Assembly (NCBI GenBank): GCA_018649885.1
Contig: JABIHA010000068.1
Coordinates: 1-64,000 of the forward strand
Length of the DNA stretch: 64,000 nt
Source of the DNA: Bacteriovoracaceae bacterium
GTDB taxonomy: Bacteria > Bdellovibrionota > Bacteriovoracia > Bacteriovoracales > Bacteriovoracaceae
Reading direction: 5' to 3'
Part shown: piece after piece, positions 19,667-29,852 of the stretch
Layout: each line of letters starts with the position of its first letter
How positions within the stretch are numbered: the stretch's first letter is position 1
Translations under genes and position numbers: made by a program
The notes under the pieces: model-generated
Seen by the model: only the letters and a program-made list of their open reading frames with translations
The model's database searches: none
Told to the model about the DNA's origin: nothing

Positions 19667-20526
19667 ATATGATAAAAACCTCACTATTATTACTTTTAAG
19701 TATTTCTAACTTGTACGCAGACGTCGCTACTAAAGAGGGATTTTTCAAGTATACGAATACGACCTACTCTTCACAAAAAAAGCACTTTGCTTTTACTTAC
19801 ACCGGGTATGGGTGCAGTAGTGTGCCAAATACTTTGTGTGTTTATGGCAAATATAAAAGAGGGACCCCGTTAATCCTTCTAAACAAAGAGCATAACTCAT
19901 TTTGTCGAGCAGTAACGGGCGGTGCCTTTAAATTCAAAGACCAGTTTTCAAATTTCAGGGCAACCAAGCTTGAAAAAATCCATGGATGCGAGAACCCAAG
20001 CTCTTATTTTGTAGCGTTTGTAGGTCTTGATGATGTCAGATTTAAGAATATTAAATTATCAAGATTTAAGGGTTCAGGTTTGAGAAAGCTTCACAAAAAA
20101 ATTCAAGCTGAAAACCAGCTAAATAAACTTTTTAGTAAATCAGTCACCGTTAAAAAAGAGATTGAAGGAAATAAAATACCCTATCACACAGGTGATTTTT
20201 CAAGGCTCAGACCAGTAGGTCTATATTCAAAAGAAATAGATGAAATAAAATTCATACAATATCAACTTACTGAAAAAGTAAGAAAGATTGATTACATAGA
20301 TGGCCCACTTTTTGTCTATTTAAAGAAACCTAAGGCGGTCTACAACTTGGGAGATGTGTGCAATAGAAAGTTCAATACATTTGTACTTGATGGACAGATC
20401 TTTTTCTACAATCAAACCTATTGTTGTGAATGCGGTTATGTGCGCTCTGAGCTCTTCAACTTTACCGATGGAGAATTCTCTTCAGTACTAAAGAATAATA
20501 ATTGGTCTGACCGCAAGTTATATTAA
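19663..20526 (+). CDS. secreted hypothetical protein
   Basis: ATG overlaps the upstream TGA (ATGA); signal peptide; Cys-rich. Confidence 0.7.
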   Translation: MNMIKTSLLLLLSISNLYADVATKEGFFKYTNTTYSSQKKHFAFTYTGYGCSSVPNTLCVYGKYKRGTPLILLNKEHNSFCRAVTGGAFKFKDQFSNFRATKLEKIHGCENPSSYFVAFVGLDDVRFKNIKLSRFKGSGLRKLHKKIQAENQLNKLFSKSVTVKKEIEGNKIPYHTGDFSRLRPVGLYSKEIDEIKFIQYQLTEKVRKIDYIDGPLFVYLKKPKAVYNLGDVCNRKFNTFVLDGQIFFYNQTYCCECGYVRSELFNFTDGEFSSVLKNNNWSDRKLY

Positions 20527-20680
20527 TCAACAAATTGAATCGCCACAAAATCTAGGCTCGAATTCCACAATAGTTTTTATTTAAATAAATCCCTAAACAC
20601 CTTAAATTGCGGTACTTAGCAAATTCTCTACGTTGGTTTTAATAAATATGGCTAAAATTATAAGCCTAGGGGGTCTTGCT

Positions 20681-21385
20681 ATGAAAGAACGCACACAAAC
20701 TAGTTTTGATAAGCTTGTTTCAAAACAAGATAAAAAAATCCAGAAGTCACCGCTCGACAATTCTTTTTTACCTACCATCAAAAAAGAGCTTAACTTTTAT
20801 GGCAAGATCTCCCTATTCTCAATTTATGGAATCATTTGCTTTGGCTTTGGACTGTTATTTTGGAAAAAAAATGCACCTACAGGTGAAGAAATAGCCAATG
20901 CCATTAGACAGCAAACCAGTAAACACAAATATAGTAATAACAACTCTATGATCCAAAGCTTGATTGTAAGTAACCACGATTTGAGTACTAAGATTAGAAA
21001 TGATTTAAGAAAAACTCTCATCGATCAAAGTGATCATATTCGTGCCAAAGATCAAGTTATTATAGATTTAAGAAATCAAATTGGCGACTTAAAATTAATG
21101 GTTGAGACGAGTAGGCCAAAAAGTGAGCAAAAAGTAGGCTATAGCTGGAAAAACCTTCAGGTCCTTCGTTTCGAGCAAACGCAACAAGTTAGTAAACTCG
21201 TGAAAAATCAAAAAAGAGCACGTGGTGCATTTTTAAGCATACACGATATGAATAATCAAAACTCCCAGCAAAAATGGGATGACTTTAACTCCAAACAAGA
21301 ACTAGATAAGTATCAACTCGAAGCGCAGCATCAAGAAGAACGCAACAAATTTAGAAAAGAAAAGTACCGCGTCATCAGCAACTAA
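20681..21385 (+). CDS. hypothetical single-TM coiled-coil protein
   Basis: G-rich RBS before ATG 20681 (start uncertain); one TM helix then helical, Gln-rich sequence. Confidence 0.6.
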   Translation: MKERTQTSFDKLVSKQDKKIQKSPLDNSFLPTIKKELNFYGKISLFSIYGIICFGFGLLFWKKNAPTGEEIANAIRQQTSKHKYSNNNSMIQSLIVSNHDLSTKIRNDLRKTLIDQSDHIRAKDQVIIDLRNQIGDLKLMVETSRPKSEQKVGYSWKNLQVLRFEQTQQVSKLVKNQKRARGAFLSIHDMNNQNSQQKWDDFNSKQELDKYQLEAQHQEERNKFRKEKYRVISN

Positions 21386-21424
21386 CGAATTCACAATCCA
21401 CACTATTCACACTATGGTGTGTGC

Positions 21425-22534
21425 ATGAATATTCTCTTACTAGAACCATTTTCAACTGGCTCCCATAAGTACTTTTGTGAGTCCCTAGTTAACTATTCAA
21501 CTCATGAAATAGATCTTTTAGAAATGCCTGGGAAGAATTGGAAATGGCGAATGCATGGGGGAGCAGTTGAACTTAGTAGACAGTTTCTGGATAGTCAAAA
21601 AGAGTATGATTTAATTCTAGCTTCAGATATGTGTGACCTAGGACTATTCATTTCACTTGGCAGAGAGAAATTTTCAAAGAGCACAAAGTTTGCAACCTAT
21701 TTTCATGAAAGCCAGTTTTCCTATCCATGGTCAGATCAAGACCATGTACCTCGCCAAAATAGAGACCTGCATTTTTCTTTTATCAATTATACAAATGCAC
21801 TTGTGTCTGATTTTAATATTTTCAATTCAAAATTTCACTTTGATTCCTTTTTTAAGGACCTCGAAGCATTTCTCAGGAAAATGCCCGATTTCAAAGGTGT
21901 TGGCACTATTTCTAGCATTAGGAAAAAGTCCTTTGTGCTGGAGGTAGGTATTGACCCTCGTTTTAAGTCAAATCCAAAGTCTGACACCGATGAATCAGAC
22001 GTTTTAAAAATACTTTGGAACCACAGATGGGAGTATGACAAAAATCCTGAAGATTTTTTTAAAGTACTCTTCAAAATTAAAGACCAAGGCCTTCCCTTTG
22101 AGTTAATTACCTTGGGCTATAATAGTGGCAGAATCCCAGAAATTTTCCCGCAGGCCAAAGAAAAATTAGCAGATGAAATTATCCAGTGGGGGCCAGTTGC
22201 CACAATAGAAGAATACCTTCACTGGCTTAGCCGTGCCGACATACTCCCTGTCACATCTCTTCACGACTATTTTGGCATTAGTACAGTTGAAGCCGTCTTA
22301 TCTGGAGCCAAGCCAATACTCCCTAAGAGAATGAACTATCCCTATCTCGTTAAGAAAGAACACCACTCACAATACCTGTACGACAATTTGGAAGATCTTG
22401 AACAAAAAATCACACAAGCGATTAAAGATAAAAACCGGGGGCAGGCCAAACTAGAGCACTTCCATACGAATGATCTATTCTGGCCTGATATAATCAAAAA
22501 ATACGACGAACTCTTCAGTCAACATGATCTTTAA
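21425..22534 (+). CDS. DUF3524/GTDC1 (QTMAN)-like GT-B glycosyltransferase
   Basis: ILLLEPF..GSH, WKWRMHG, YFHE.Q..YP, LWNHRWEYDKNP motifs typical of this family. Confidence 0.85.
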   Translation: MNILLLEPFSTGSHKYFCESLVNYSTHEIDLLEMPGKNWKWRMHGGAVELSRQFLDSQKEYDLILASDMCDLGLFISLGREKFSKSTKFATYFHESQFSYPWSDQDHVPRQNRDLHFSFINYTNALVSDFNIFNSKFHFDSFFKDLEAFLRKMPDFKGVGTISSIRKKSFVLEVGIDPRFKSNPKSDTDESDVLKILWNHRWEYDKNPEDFFKVLFKIKDQGLPFELITLGYNSGRIPEIFPQAKEKLADEIIQWGPVATIEEYLHWLSRADILPVTSLHDYFGISTVEAVLSGAKPILPKRMNYPYLVKKEHHSQYLYDNLEDLEQKITQAIKDKNRGQAKLEHFHTNDLFWPDIIKKYDELFSQHDL

Positions 22535-22798
22535 GTGATCACTTGGAGCGAGTAATAGCTCACCCTCACTAACAATTGTAGCTATATCTTTCATAATTAT
22601 TTTCCTTATTAACGGACTAGTGGGCCCGGATAAAACAAACCAATAATATCTATTTAAATGTAGGGTAATTAATGCTGAAACCCCTAGGGGGTGGTGGTAG
22701 AAGCGTGAATGAACGAGTGTCGTATTTCTTTCATCATTTGCTCAAGGTAGCATACCCAGAAAAAAAGTCAATATCACAATTATTAAGTTAGAAAATTT

Positions 22799-22825
22799 TA
22801 GATTCCAAGAACTTGAAGACGATAG
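22799..22825 (+). promoter_or_regulatory. possible sigma28 (FliA)-type promoter
   Basis: TAGA-N15-GACGATAG versus consensus TAAA-N15-GCCGATAA, about 30 bp before ATG 22857. Confidence 0.35.
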
Positions 22826-22856
22826 AGGAGTCGTAACAAATATTACGGAGAAAGTT

Positions 22857-24440
22857 ATGAGAATGCTCTTTTTCTTTTCAACAATTTTTTTATTTCTAGT
22901 GGTTTATGCGATGTCTAGGTACTGGCAACCAGCAGCGCTCTCCTTCATCCTCTTTGTTCCCATCATTTTAATTGGATTACATGATGTCTTTCAAAAGAAG
23001 CATGCAATACTTAGAAATTTTCCTGTAGTTGGGCACTTCAGATATATTCTTGAAATGATCCGACCAGAAATCCAGCAGTATTTCATCGAAACTTCTAATT
23101 CAGGTAAGCCATTTAGTAAGGAAGAGCGCTCCATTGTATACCAAAGAGCGAAGAATGTGACAGACACTCTTCCCTTTGGAACTCAAAAAGAAATATACGT
23201 CGAGGGATACGAATGGATTTCTCATTCTATGAATCCAACAGAAATTCCCCATACGCCCCCAAGAGTACTAATAGGAAATGAGCTCACTTCCAAACCATAT
23301 AGTGCTAGCCTATTGAATATTTCAGCGATGAGCTTTGGCTCTCTTAGTAAAAATGCCGTTTTGGCATTAAATAAAGGCGCCCTAAAAGGGGGGTTTTCTC
23401 ACAACACTGGTGAAGGCTCCATTTCTCCACATCATCTTGAACATGGAGGTGATCTAGTTTGGCAAGTTGGGACAGGATACTTCGGATGCAGAGACAAGAA
23501 CGGTAATTTCGACAAAGTCAGCTTCGCTGAAAGGGCAACGCTTGAAAATGTAAAAATGATTGAAATTAAAATTTCTCAAGGGGCGAAACCTGGGCATGGA
23601 GGTATCCTTCCAGGAGAAAAAGTTACGGAGGAAATTGCTGACATCAGACTTGTAGAGGCTGGTAAGGATGTTATCTCCCCATCAGCTCACACTGCCTTTA
23701 AAACACCAATTGAGCTTATGCATTTCATACAAAACCTCAGAGAGTTATCAGGTGGAAAGCCTGTCGGTTTCAAAGTATGTATTGGAAAGAAATCAGATTT
23801 CTTTGCTGTTTGCAAAGCGATGATGGAAACAAAAATTTATCCAGACTTCATCACAGTTGATGGTGGGGAAGGTGGAACTGGGGCTGCTCCATTAGAGTTT
23901 ACCAACAGAATCGGCGCCCCCTTAAATGATGGTCTTGTTTTTGCTCACAACACACTTGTAGGATGTGGACTCCGAGATAAAATGAAAATCATTGCAAGTG
24001 CTAGAGTCATTACTGGATTTGCACTTATTAAAAGAATGGCCCTTGGCGCTGACCTATGTAACTCAGCAAGGGGAATGATGTTTGCACTTGGTTGCATTCA
24101 GGCCCTGAGGTGTAATAGTAACCACTGCCCAGCAGGCATTGCCACCCAAGATCCAGGTTTAATGTTTGGACTTGATATTGATGACAAGGCTGAAAGAATC
24201 TACAACTTTCACAAACTAACCCTTGAAAGTTTTCTTCATGTACTAAGTGCTGCTGGTTTTGAGGGACCTGAACATATTCGTCCTTGGCATATTAATCGAA
24301 GAGTAAGTGATGTAAAGGTTCTAAACTTTTATGATATTTACAACTTTCTGGAAGTTGGCCAATTAAATGAAGGAATTATTCCTGAAAGCTGGGAAAGAGC
24401 TTGGACGAGTTCCAAGGCGAGTGAGTTTAAAGTTGGATGA
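22857..24440 (+). CDS. FMN-binding glutamate synthase family protein
   Basis: NISAMSFGSLS, NTGEG, QGAKPGHGG, DGGEGGTGAAP, GCIQALRC..NHCP.G motifs; N-terminal TM segment. Confidence 0.92.
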   Translation: MRMLFFFSTIFLFLVVYAMSRYWQPAALSFILFVPIILIGLHDVFQKKHAILRNFPVVGHFRYILEMIRPEIQQYFIETSNSGKPFSKEERSIVYQRAKNVTDTLPFGTQKEIYVEGYEWISHSMNPTEIPHTPPRVLIGNELTSKPYSASLLNISAMSFGSLSKNAVLALNKGALKGGFSHNTGEGSISPHHLEHGGDLVWQVGTGYFGCRDKNGNFDKVSFAERATLENVKMIEIKISQGAKPGHGGILPGEKVTEEIADIRLVEAGKDVISPSAHTAFKTPIELMHFIQNLRELSGGKPVGFKVCIGKKSDFFAVCKAMMETKIYPDFITVDGGEGGTGAAPLEFTNRIGAPLNDGLVFAHNTLVGCGLRDKMKIIASARVITGFALIKRMALGADLCNSARGMMFALGCIQALRCNSNHCPAGIATQDPGLMFGLDIDDKAERIYNFHKLTLESFLHVLSAAGFEGPEHIRPWHINRRVSDVKVLNFYDIYNFLEVGQLNEGIIPESWERAWTSSKASEFKVG

Positions 24441-24488
24441 TTTCGCATCGCAGATTGTGAAAACACTAAAGTTTGCTAACTCATAGTA

Positions 24489-25127
24489 ATGAAAAAACTT
24501 TCAACTCTTTTCGTTACTATTTTACTTTATTTGATATCAGGCATTTGTAGCTCACAAACCCCTGCCCCAGATTCCCAGGAAATGCGTGAAAAGAAGTGGA
24601 TCAAAGAGCAAATAGAACAACACCACAAGCAAATGGATAAGCTATTCAATCAATTTGATAATGGTTCAGATGACCCATTTTTTGGAATGGATGGAATAAG
24701 GCAGCGGTTTAAAAAATTCTTTGACAGTCAAAATGACCCCTTTAGCGATCCCTTTTTTAAAGGTAGTCAATTTGGTAACTCACTTAGAGGCCCTAAAATA
24801 ACAAAAAAAGAGAATGAAAAATTCTCTGTAATACAAATTGATACTACTAACTTAAATAAAAATCACCTTGAAATAAATATTAAAGATAGAATGGTCACAA
24901 TAAAAGGAGAGCTCATCTCTTCAGGAAAAGGCAGGCGAGCTGTATCAAAATTTTCGCGTAGTTATAGTATCCCTAGAGGTGTTGATGAAAAAGACGTTTC
25001 CATTGAAGAAAAAGGTAATTTAATCATCATAAGAATACCAGTGATAAGCCCCCGAAAACCCCTTGGGACAAAGCAGACAACCCCAGCAAAAAAGAAAACC
25101 CAACCATCTCAAAAATTTGAAATTTAA
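24489..25127 (+). CDS. Hsp20/alpha-crystallin domain protein with signal peptide
   Basis: Hydrophobic N-terminus; DPFF repeats; FSRSYSIP..VD and LIIIRIP crystallin motifs. Confidence 0.75.
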   Translation: MKKLSTLFVTILLYLISGICSSQTPAPDSQEMREKKWIKEQIEQHHKQMDKLFNQFDNGSDDPFFGMDGIRQRFKKFFDSQNDPFSDPFFKGSQFGNSLRGPKITKKENEKFSVIQIDTTNLNKNHLEINIKDRMVTIKGELISSGKGRRAVSKFSRSYSIPRGVDEKDVSIEEKGNLIIIRIPVISPRKPLGTKQTTPAKKKTQPSQKFEI

Positions 25128-25241
25128 AAATTTTATCCTGAGGTCTTGACAGTCTAATTCTAATGAAGATGATATTAGTATCTAGGTTATAACCAGGCGC
25201 TTTCTGCGGCGCTGAAACGAATAGTAAGTTGCGGGGATATA

Positions 25242-25979
25242 ATGATTGAAGTAAGCAATCTTTCTAAAAATTTTGGTAATATTAAAGCTGTTGATGATGT
25301 CTCGTTTAATGTCAATATCGGTGAGGTTTTGGGATTTCTAGGTCCAAATGGTGCCGGCAAATCTACAACAATGAAAATTATTACTTGTTTTTTAAAACCA
25401 AGTGATGGAGATGTTAAAGTTGCTGGGCACTCTATTCATGAGGATCCCATCTCCGTGAAAAGAAAAATTGGTTATATGCCAGAAAATGCTCCTCTATACG
25501 AAGATATGACTGTGGTAGAATTTCTACAATTTGTTTGTGAAATGAGAAATATTGATTTAGAGAGAAGACCAAGCTCAATTGATGGTGTTATCACAAAGTG
25601 TCATCTTGAAAATGTTAAAAACCAAAGCATTGAGACTCTTTCTAAGGGATTTAAAAGAAGAGTTTCAATGGCACAAGCACTTATCCATGACCCCGAAGTT
25701 CTAATTCTTGATGAACCCACTGATGGCCTGGACCCCAACCAAAAACATGATGTGAGGGCCTTGATAAAAGAATTAAGTAACTCAAAGTGTATCATTCTCT
25801 CCACACATATTCTTGAAGAAGTGGAAGCAGTATGTACAAGGGCCATAATAATTTCTTCTGGGAAAAAATTATTTGATGGCACACCTTCAGAGCTCAGTGA
25901 GAAATCAGCAGACCGAAAGGTCGATGACGTTTTTAGAGCTATTACAACAAGCCTTGATGTTGAAGGAGTAACACTATGA
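25242..25979 (+). CDS. ABC transporter ATP-binding protein (GldA-like)
   Basis: GPNGAGKST, LSKGF, LILDEPT motifs. Confidence 0.92.
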   Translation: MIEVSNLSKNFGNIKAVDDVSFNVNIGEVLGFLGPNGAGKSTTMKIITCFLKPSDGDVKVAGHSIHEDPISVKRKIGYMPENAPLYEDMTVVEFLQFVCEMRNIDLERRPSSIDGVITKCHLENVKNQSIETLSKGFKRRVSMAQALIHDPEVLILDEPTDGLDPNQKHDVRALIKELSNSKCIILSTHILEEVEAVCTRAIIISSGKKLFDGTPSELSEKSADRKVDDVFRAITTSLDVEGVTL

Positions 25980-26722
25980 TGCATCATACAACAAAGGCCA
26001 TAATTAAAAGAGAATTAAAAAGCTACTTTACCACCCCACTTGGCTATGTATTCACAGTGATTTTTTTATTTGCCATTGGGTATGTAACTTTTGAGCCAGG
26101 TAGAGGAAGTTTTTTTGTGATGAGACAGGCAGACCTGTCCTCATTTTTTAGATATATTCCTTGGTTATTTATCTTTCTTATTCCTTCAACTGCCATGAGA
26201 CTTTGGGCAGAGGAGAGAAAGAGTGGGACAATTGAATTTTTGCTGACTCTACCAGTTACAGTTCCACAGGCAGTTCTAGGTAAATTTATTGCTGCTTGGA
26301 TATTCATTGCCCTTGCTCTACTTGGCACCATGCCAATAGTATTCACAGTGGCTTACTTAGGTAAACCCGACTACGGAGTGATCTTTTTAGGATACTTTGC
26401 TTCTCTACTTCTAGCAGGAAGCTTTTTAGCAGTTGGTACTTTCTTCTCCGCAATAACAAAGAATCAAGTTGTTAGTTTTATTCTTTCTGTAGTGTTTTGC
26501 TACATTTTTCTAATGGCAGGCTCTCCTCCTATTCTAGAAACACTATCAACGCTATTTCCCAAATACATGGTTTCCCTATTTGAAGAGTTAAGCATCCTAA
26601 ATCATTTTGAATCTATGGGCAGGGGTGTTGTTAGATTAAGCGATCTTTGGTTTTTTGGGGCCATGATTGTCGGTTGGGTATATGCCAGCATGAGCTTACT
26701 TGATTATAAAAAAGCAAACTAA
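25976..26722 (+). CDS. ABC-2 permease (GldF-like)
   Basis: RELKSYF, MRLWAEERKSGTIE.LLTLP; multiple TM helices. Confidence 0.9.
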   Translation: MMHHTTKAIIKRELKSYFTTPLGYVFTVIFLFAIGYVTFEPGRGSFFVMRQADLSSFFRYIPWLFIFLIPSTAMRLWAEERKSGTIEFLLTLPVTVPQAVLGKFIAAWIFIALALLGTMPIVFTVAYLGKPDYGVIFLGYFASLLLAGSFLAVGTFFSAITKNQVVSFILSVVFCYIFLMAGSPPILETLSTLFPKYMVSLFEELSILNHFESMGRGVVRLSDLWFFGAMIVGWVYASMSLLDYKKAN

Positions 26723-26731
26723 TAAGGAGTC

Positions 26732-28642
26732 GTGATGAAAGGAAAAAAAGAAGAATTGCTCATCATAGTACTTAGCGCACTATCAATGGTCTTTTTAATT
26801 CATATTGGTTCAACAATTGGGAAAAAATTCCAATTGGATTTCACACAAGAAAACCTCTACACCTTATCTGATGGAAGTGTATCCATTTTAAAAAAGTTAA
26901 ATGCGCCCATTAAGCTAAAATTCTTCTATTCAAAAACTGCAGCCAATAAAGGGTCTGAGGGTATTCGAGGCTTTAATAACTATGCTCAGTATGTTGAAAA
27001 ACTTCTCAAACAATATGTGGCAAATTCAGGAGGTAATCTAACTCTAGAGATTATTGATCCCAGACCAGATACTGAAAATGAAGAAAATGCTGTGGCTTAC
27101 GGGCTTAAAAAATTCTATATAACACAAACAGAGAGCTATATATTTGGGTTAGTAGCAATAAGTGAAACTGGAACTGAAAAGACAATTGAATTTTTTGATC
27201 CAAATAAACAAGAAACGGTTGAATATGACATAACGAAAATGATTTATACTGTAACTGACCCAAAGAAGAAAACTATTGGTATTTTATCATCGCTTCCGAT
27301 TATCAAAGAAGAAACAAGTCCATACATGGCGCAAATGATGAGAATGCAGGGGAAAAAACCTGAGGAGTCCTGGATTTTCATTAAATTTTTACGAGAATTT
27401 TACAATCTAAAAGAAATTAAGCCTGATACAGCTGAAATTAAAAGTATTGATACTCTCCTCGTTGTTCACCCTAAAAACTTTTCTGAGAAAACTAGATTTG
27501 CAATTGATCAATTTGTTATTGGCGGAGGAAATCTTCTCTTACTAGTAGATCCAAGTGCCACTGTAGACCGTATCGCTCGCCAAGGAGATTCCAATAGCTC
27601 AAATTTGAAGAAACTAATGAGCATGTGGGGACTTGAGTTAGTAGAAGGCCAATTTGCGGGAGATAAATACCTCTCGGGCATAGGCGCTACAAGGCCAGGT
27701 GTTCCACCTAGCCGCCTGCTCCCTCTTGTAACATGTGATCAGCGTTGCACTGATGGACTTGGAGACTCAATCTCATCAGGACTAAAACAACTCACATTAA
27801 TCTACCCAGGAGTACTTAAATTTATACCACTTGCAGGTGTTAAAGGTAGTCCTGTTTTAACAACTACAGATAAGGGAAATGCATATAGCGCAGGTCCGCG
27901 AGAGCTAATGAACCCAGCTGGATTATGGAATAAATTTTCCGAAGGAAGCAGCAAAGTCCCAATGGGTTACAAGGTGATTGGTAAATATAAAACAGCTTTT
28001 CCAGGTGGAATAAGTGTTGAAGAAGTTGTTGCTGCAAAAAGTGATAAGGAAAAGCCAACAAAACATCGAAAAATATTACCTGCTACTGCTGAATCACTAG
28101 TTGAATCAGCAGTCGTTGTTATTGCTGACGTCGATTTTATTCATGACCAATTTGCCTTTAAAAAAACAATGTTCGGAGTTCAAATTGCAAATAATAACTC
28201 AAATTTAGTTCTCAACGCCCTTGAAGCCCTCAGTGGATCAAAAGATCTGATAGCTGTTCGCTCGAAAGGTAAATTCAATAGAAACTTTACAGTAATTGAT
28301 AAAATAGAGTTTGAATCAGAGCAAAAGACATCTAGTAAAACTGGCGAAATAAATGGCAGTATTAGAAAGTTTCAAAATGAAATTAATCAGCTGGGAAGAA
28401 TGGCGAAAGGTGGCAACATTGCACTTATTCAAAGTGAAAGTGTTAGGAAAAAGAGAGAGCTAACAAAGAAAGTAGCTTCATTAAAAAGAGAATTAAGAAG
28501 CGTAAAAAGAGATGGACGCGAAAAAGTAGAAAATATTGGGAAGCGATTACAATATATTAACACTCTACTTGTTCCAGTCATGGTTTTGCTTTTTGGTTTC
28601 TTCTACAATAAAAGAAGAAAGAAATTAACAGCAGCACACTAG
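26732..28642 (+). CDS. GldG-family ABC auxiliary protein
   Basis: DFT..NLYTLS, EYDIT, AIDQF...GG motifs; N- and C-terminal TM helices. Confidence 0.88.
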   Translation: MMKGKKEELLIIVLSALSMVFLIHIGSTIGKKFQLDFTQENLYTLSDGSVSILKKLNAPIKLKFFYSKTAANKGSEGIRGFNNYAQYVEKLLKQYVANSGGNLTLEIIDPRPDTENEENAVAYGLKKFYITQTESYIFGLVAISETGTEKTIEFFDPNKQETVEYDITKMIYTVTDPKKKTIGILSSLPIIKEETSPYMAQMMRMQGKKPEESWIFIKFLREFYNLKEIKPDTAEIKSIDTLLVVHPKNFSEKTRFAIDQFVIGGGNLLLLVDPSATVDRIARQGDSNSSNLKKLMSMWGLELVEGQFAGDKYLSGIGATRPGVPPSRLLPLVTCDQRCTDGLGDSISSGLKQLTLIYPGVLKFIPLAGVKGSPVLTTTDKGNAYSAGPRELMNPAGLWNKFSEGSSKVPMGYKVIGKYKTAFPGGISVEEVVAAKSDKEKPTKHRKILPATAESLVESAVVVIADVDFIHDQFAFKKTMFGVQIANNNSNLVLNALEALSGSKDLIAVRSKGKFNRNFTVIDKIEFESEQKTSSKTGEINGSIRKFQNEINQLGRMAKGGNIALIQSESVRKKRELTKKVASLKRELRSVKRDGREKVENIGKRLQYINTLLVPVMVLLFGFFYNKRRKKLTAAH

Positions 28643-28652
28643 GAGAGCTAAT

Positions 28653-29699
28653 ATGAGCAAAAGGGTCAAAGCACTAGGGGCCACTACTTTTTTGTTATTT
28701 GTGATTTCAATCACAACATTTTACTTAGAAAATCATCGTCAGACAGATATTCTCATTGGGAGTTACTTTCTGACAGGGTTTGATATTGATAAAATTAGCA
28801 AATTTACAATTCATGGAAAAGATCAGAAAACCTTAGTGTTTCAAAGACAAGGTTCTGGATTTACTTTGTCCAATTATCACCACTACCCCGCTGATAACGA
28901 AAAGATTAATGATATCCTCTTTAAAATTTCAAATCTAAAGATCAAGGAAAAAGAAGACCTATCTGAGAAGAAAAATAGCGATTATCAGTTAGCTGAAAAT
29001 GGATATTCATCTAAGCTTGAATTTCATGGTAATCAGGGTCAACTTTTTCTCACCTTCTTTATTGGGAAATATAAAAATAAGGTAGGCTCATATATTCGAA
29101 AACTTGGCGATGAAAATATTTTTGTGGCCAGTGAAAATATCTACATCAATCCTGATAAAAACCAATACATCAATACACAATTGGTACAACTGATTAAAGA
29201 AGATATTAATCAAGTCGATGTTTCCTCTAAGCAACTAGTAATAGTCAAAAGAAATGACAAAAAAGAATTTGAAATTGAAGGGATCGACCAGGCAAAAGTT
29301 CAAGGCAACAAAGTAACTAGTTTCATCAGTGATATATTAAAACCACAAATTCAAAACTTCTATCCTCTTGGAGACACAGCTCTTAACAAAGTTAGATTTG
29401 ATAAATCGTTCAAGGTTGCGCTCAATAATAATTTAATTTATTCATTTCGGTTGGGGGAAGAATCAGATAAGTATTTCTTGCAGGCCCAAGCATCTGTTGA
29501 TGAAGTTAGGAGTCAATTCGTCATAGGTAAAGATGATGACAAGGAAAAATTGCAAAATGTTGAAAAAGTGATGAAGTCTCAGGGAATCGCCCAATCCTTT
29601 AATATTAGGCACGGAAAATGGGTCTACGAAATCACTAAAAATCAGTACCATAATCTAACTCGCGATAGGACATTTTTCCTTAACCAAGAAAAAAAATAA
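28653..29699 (+). CDS. DUF4340-like protein of the Gld ABC cluster
   Basis: N-terminal TM, YPAD..KI and YIR motifs; position after gldG. Confidence 0.7.
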   Translation: MSKRVKALGATTFLLFVISITTFYLENHRQTDILIGSYFLTGFDIDKISKFTIHGKDQKTLVFQRQGSGFTLSNYHHYPADNEKINDILFKISNLKIKEKEDLSEKKNSDYQLAENGYSSKLEFHGNQGQLFLTFFIGKYKNKVGSYIRKLGDENIFVASENIYINPDKNQYINTQLVQLIKEDINQVDVSSKQLVIVKRNDKKEFEIEGIDQAKVQGNKVTSFISDILKPQIQNFYPLGDTALNKVRFDKSFKVALNNNLIYSFRLGEESDKYFLQAQASVDEVRSQFVIGKDDDKEKLQNVEKVMKSQGIAQSFNIRHGKWVYEITKNQYHNLTRDRTFFLNQEKK

Positions 29700-29721
29700 T
29701 CTCTAACTCTTTGTAACTACC

Positions 29722-29752
29722 TTTAGGCCCAATAGATTTTGTTGGGCCTAAA
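29722..29752 (+). terminator. hairpin / probable terminator after the Gld-type operon
   Basis: TTTAGGCCCAA...TTGGGCCTAAA inverted repeat; no clear U-tract. Confidence 0.55.
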
Positions 29753-29852
29753 TATGTAAAATATTCAGCCATCGATTTCTATCAGTGGAAATTTAGCGTA
29801 CAATAGTAGATGTGCAAGAGTGGGTCTGACAGCCGGTTTCAGGTTCTAGTAT

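Noticed and set aside
22475..22737. Minus-strand uORF MMKEIRHSFIHASTTTP plus a 39-aa ORF as a Thr-type attenuator, or a riboswitch before the glutamate-synthase-like gene
   Set aside because: No terminator or recognisable riboswitch motif, and the downstream ORF is tiny and overlaps the glycosyltransferase.
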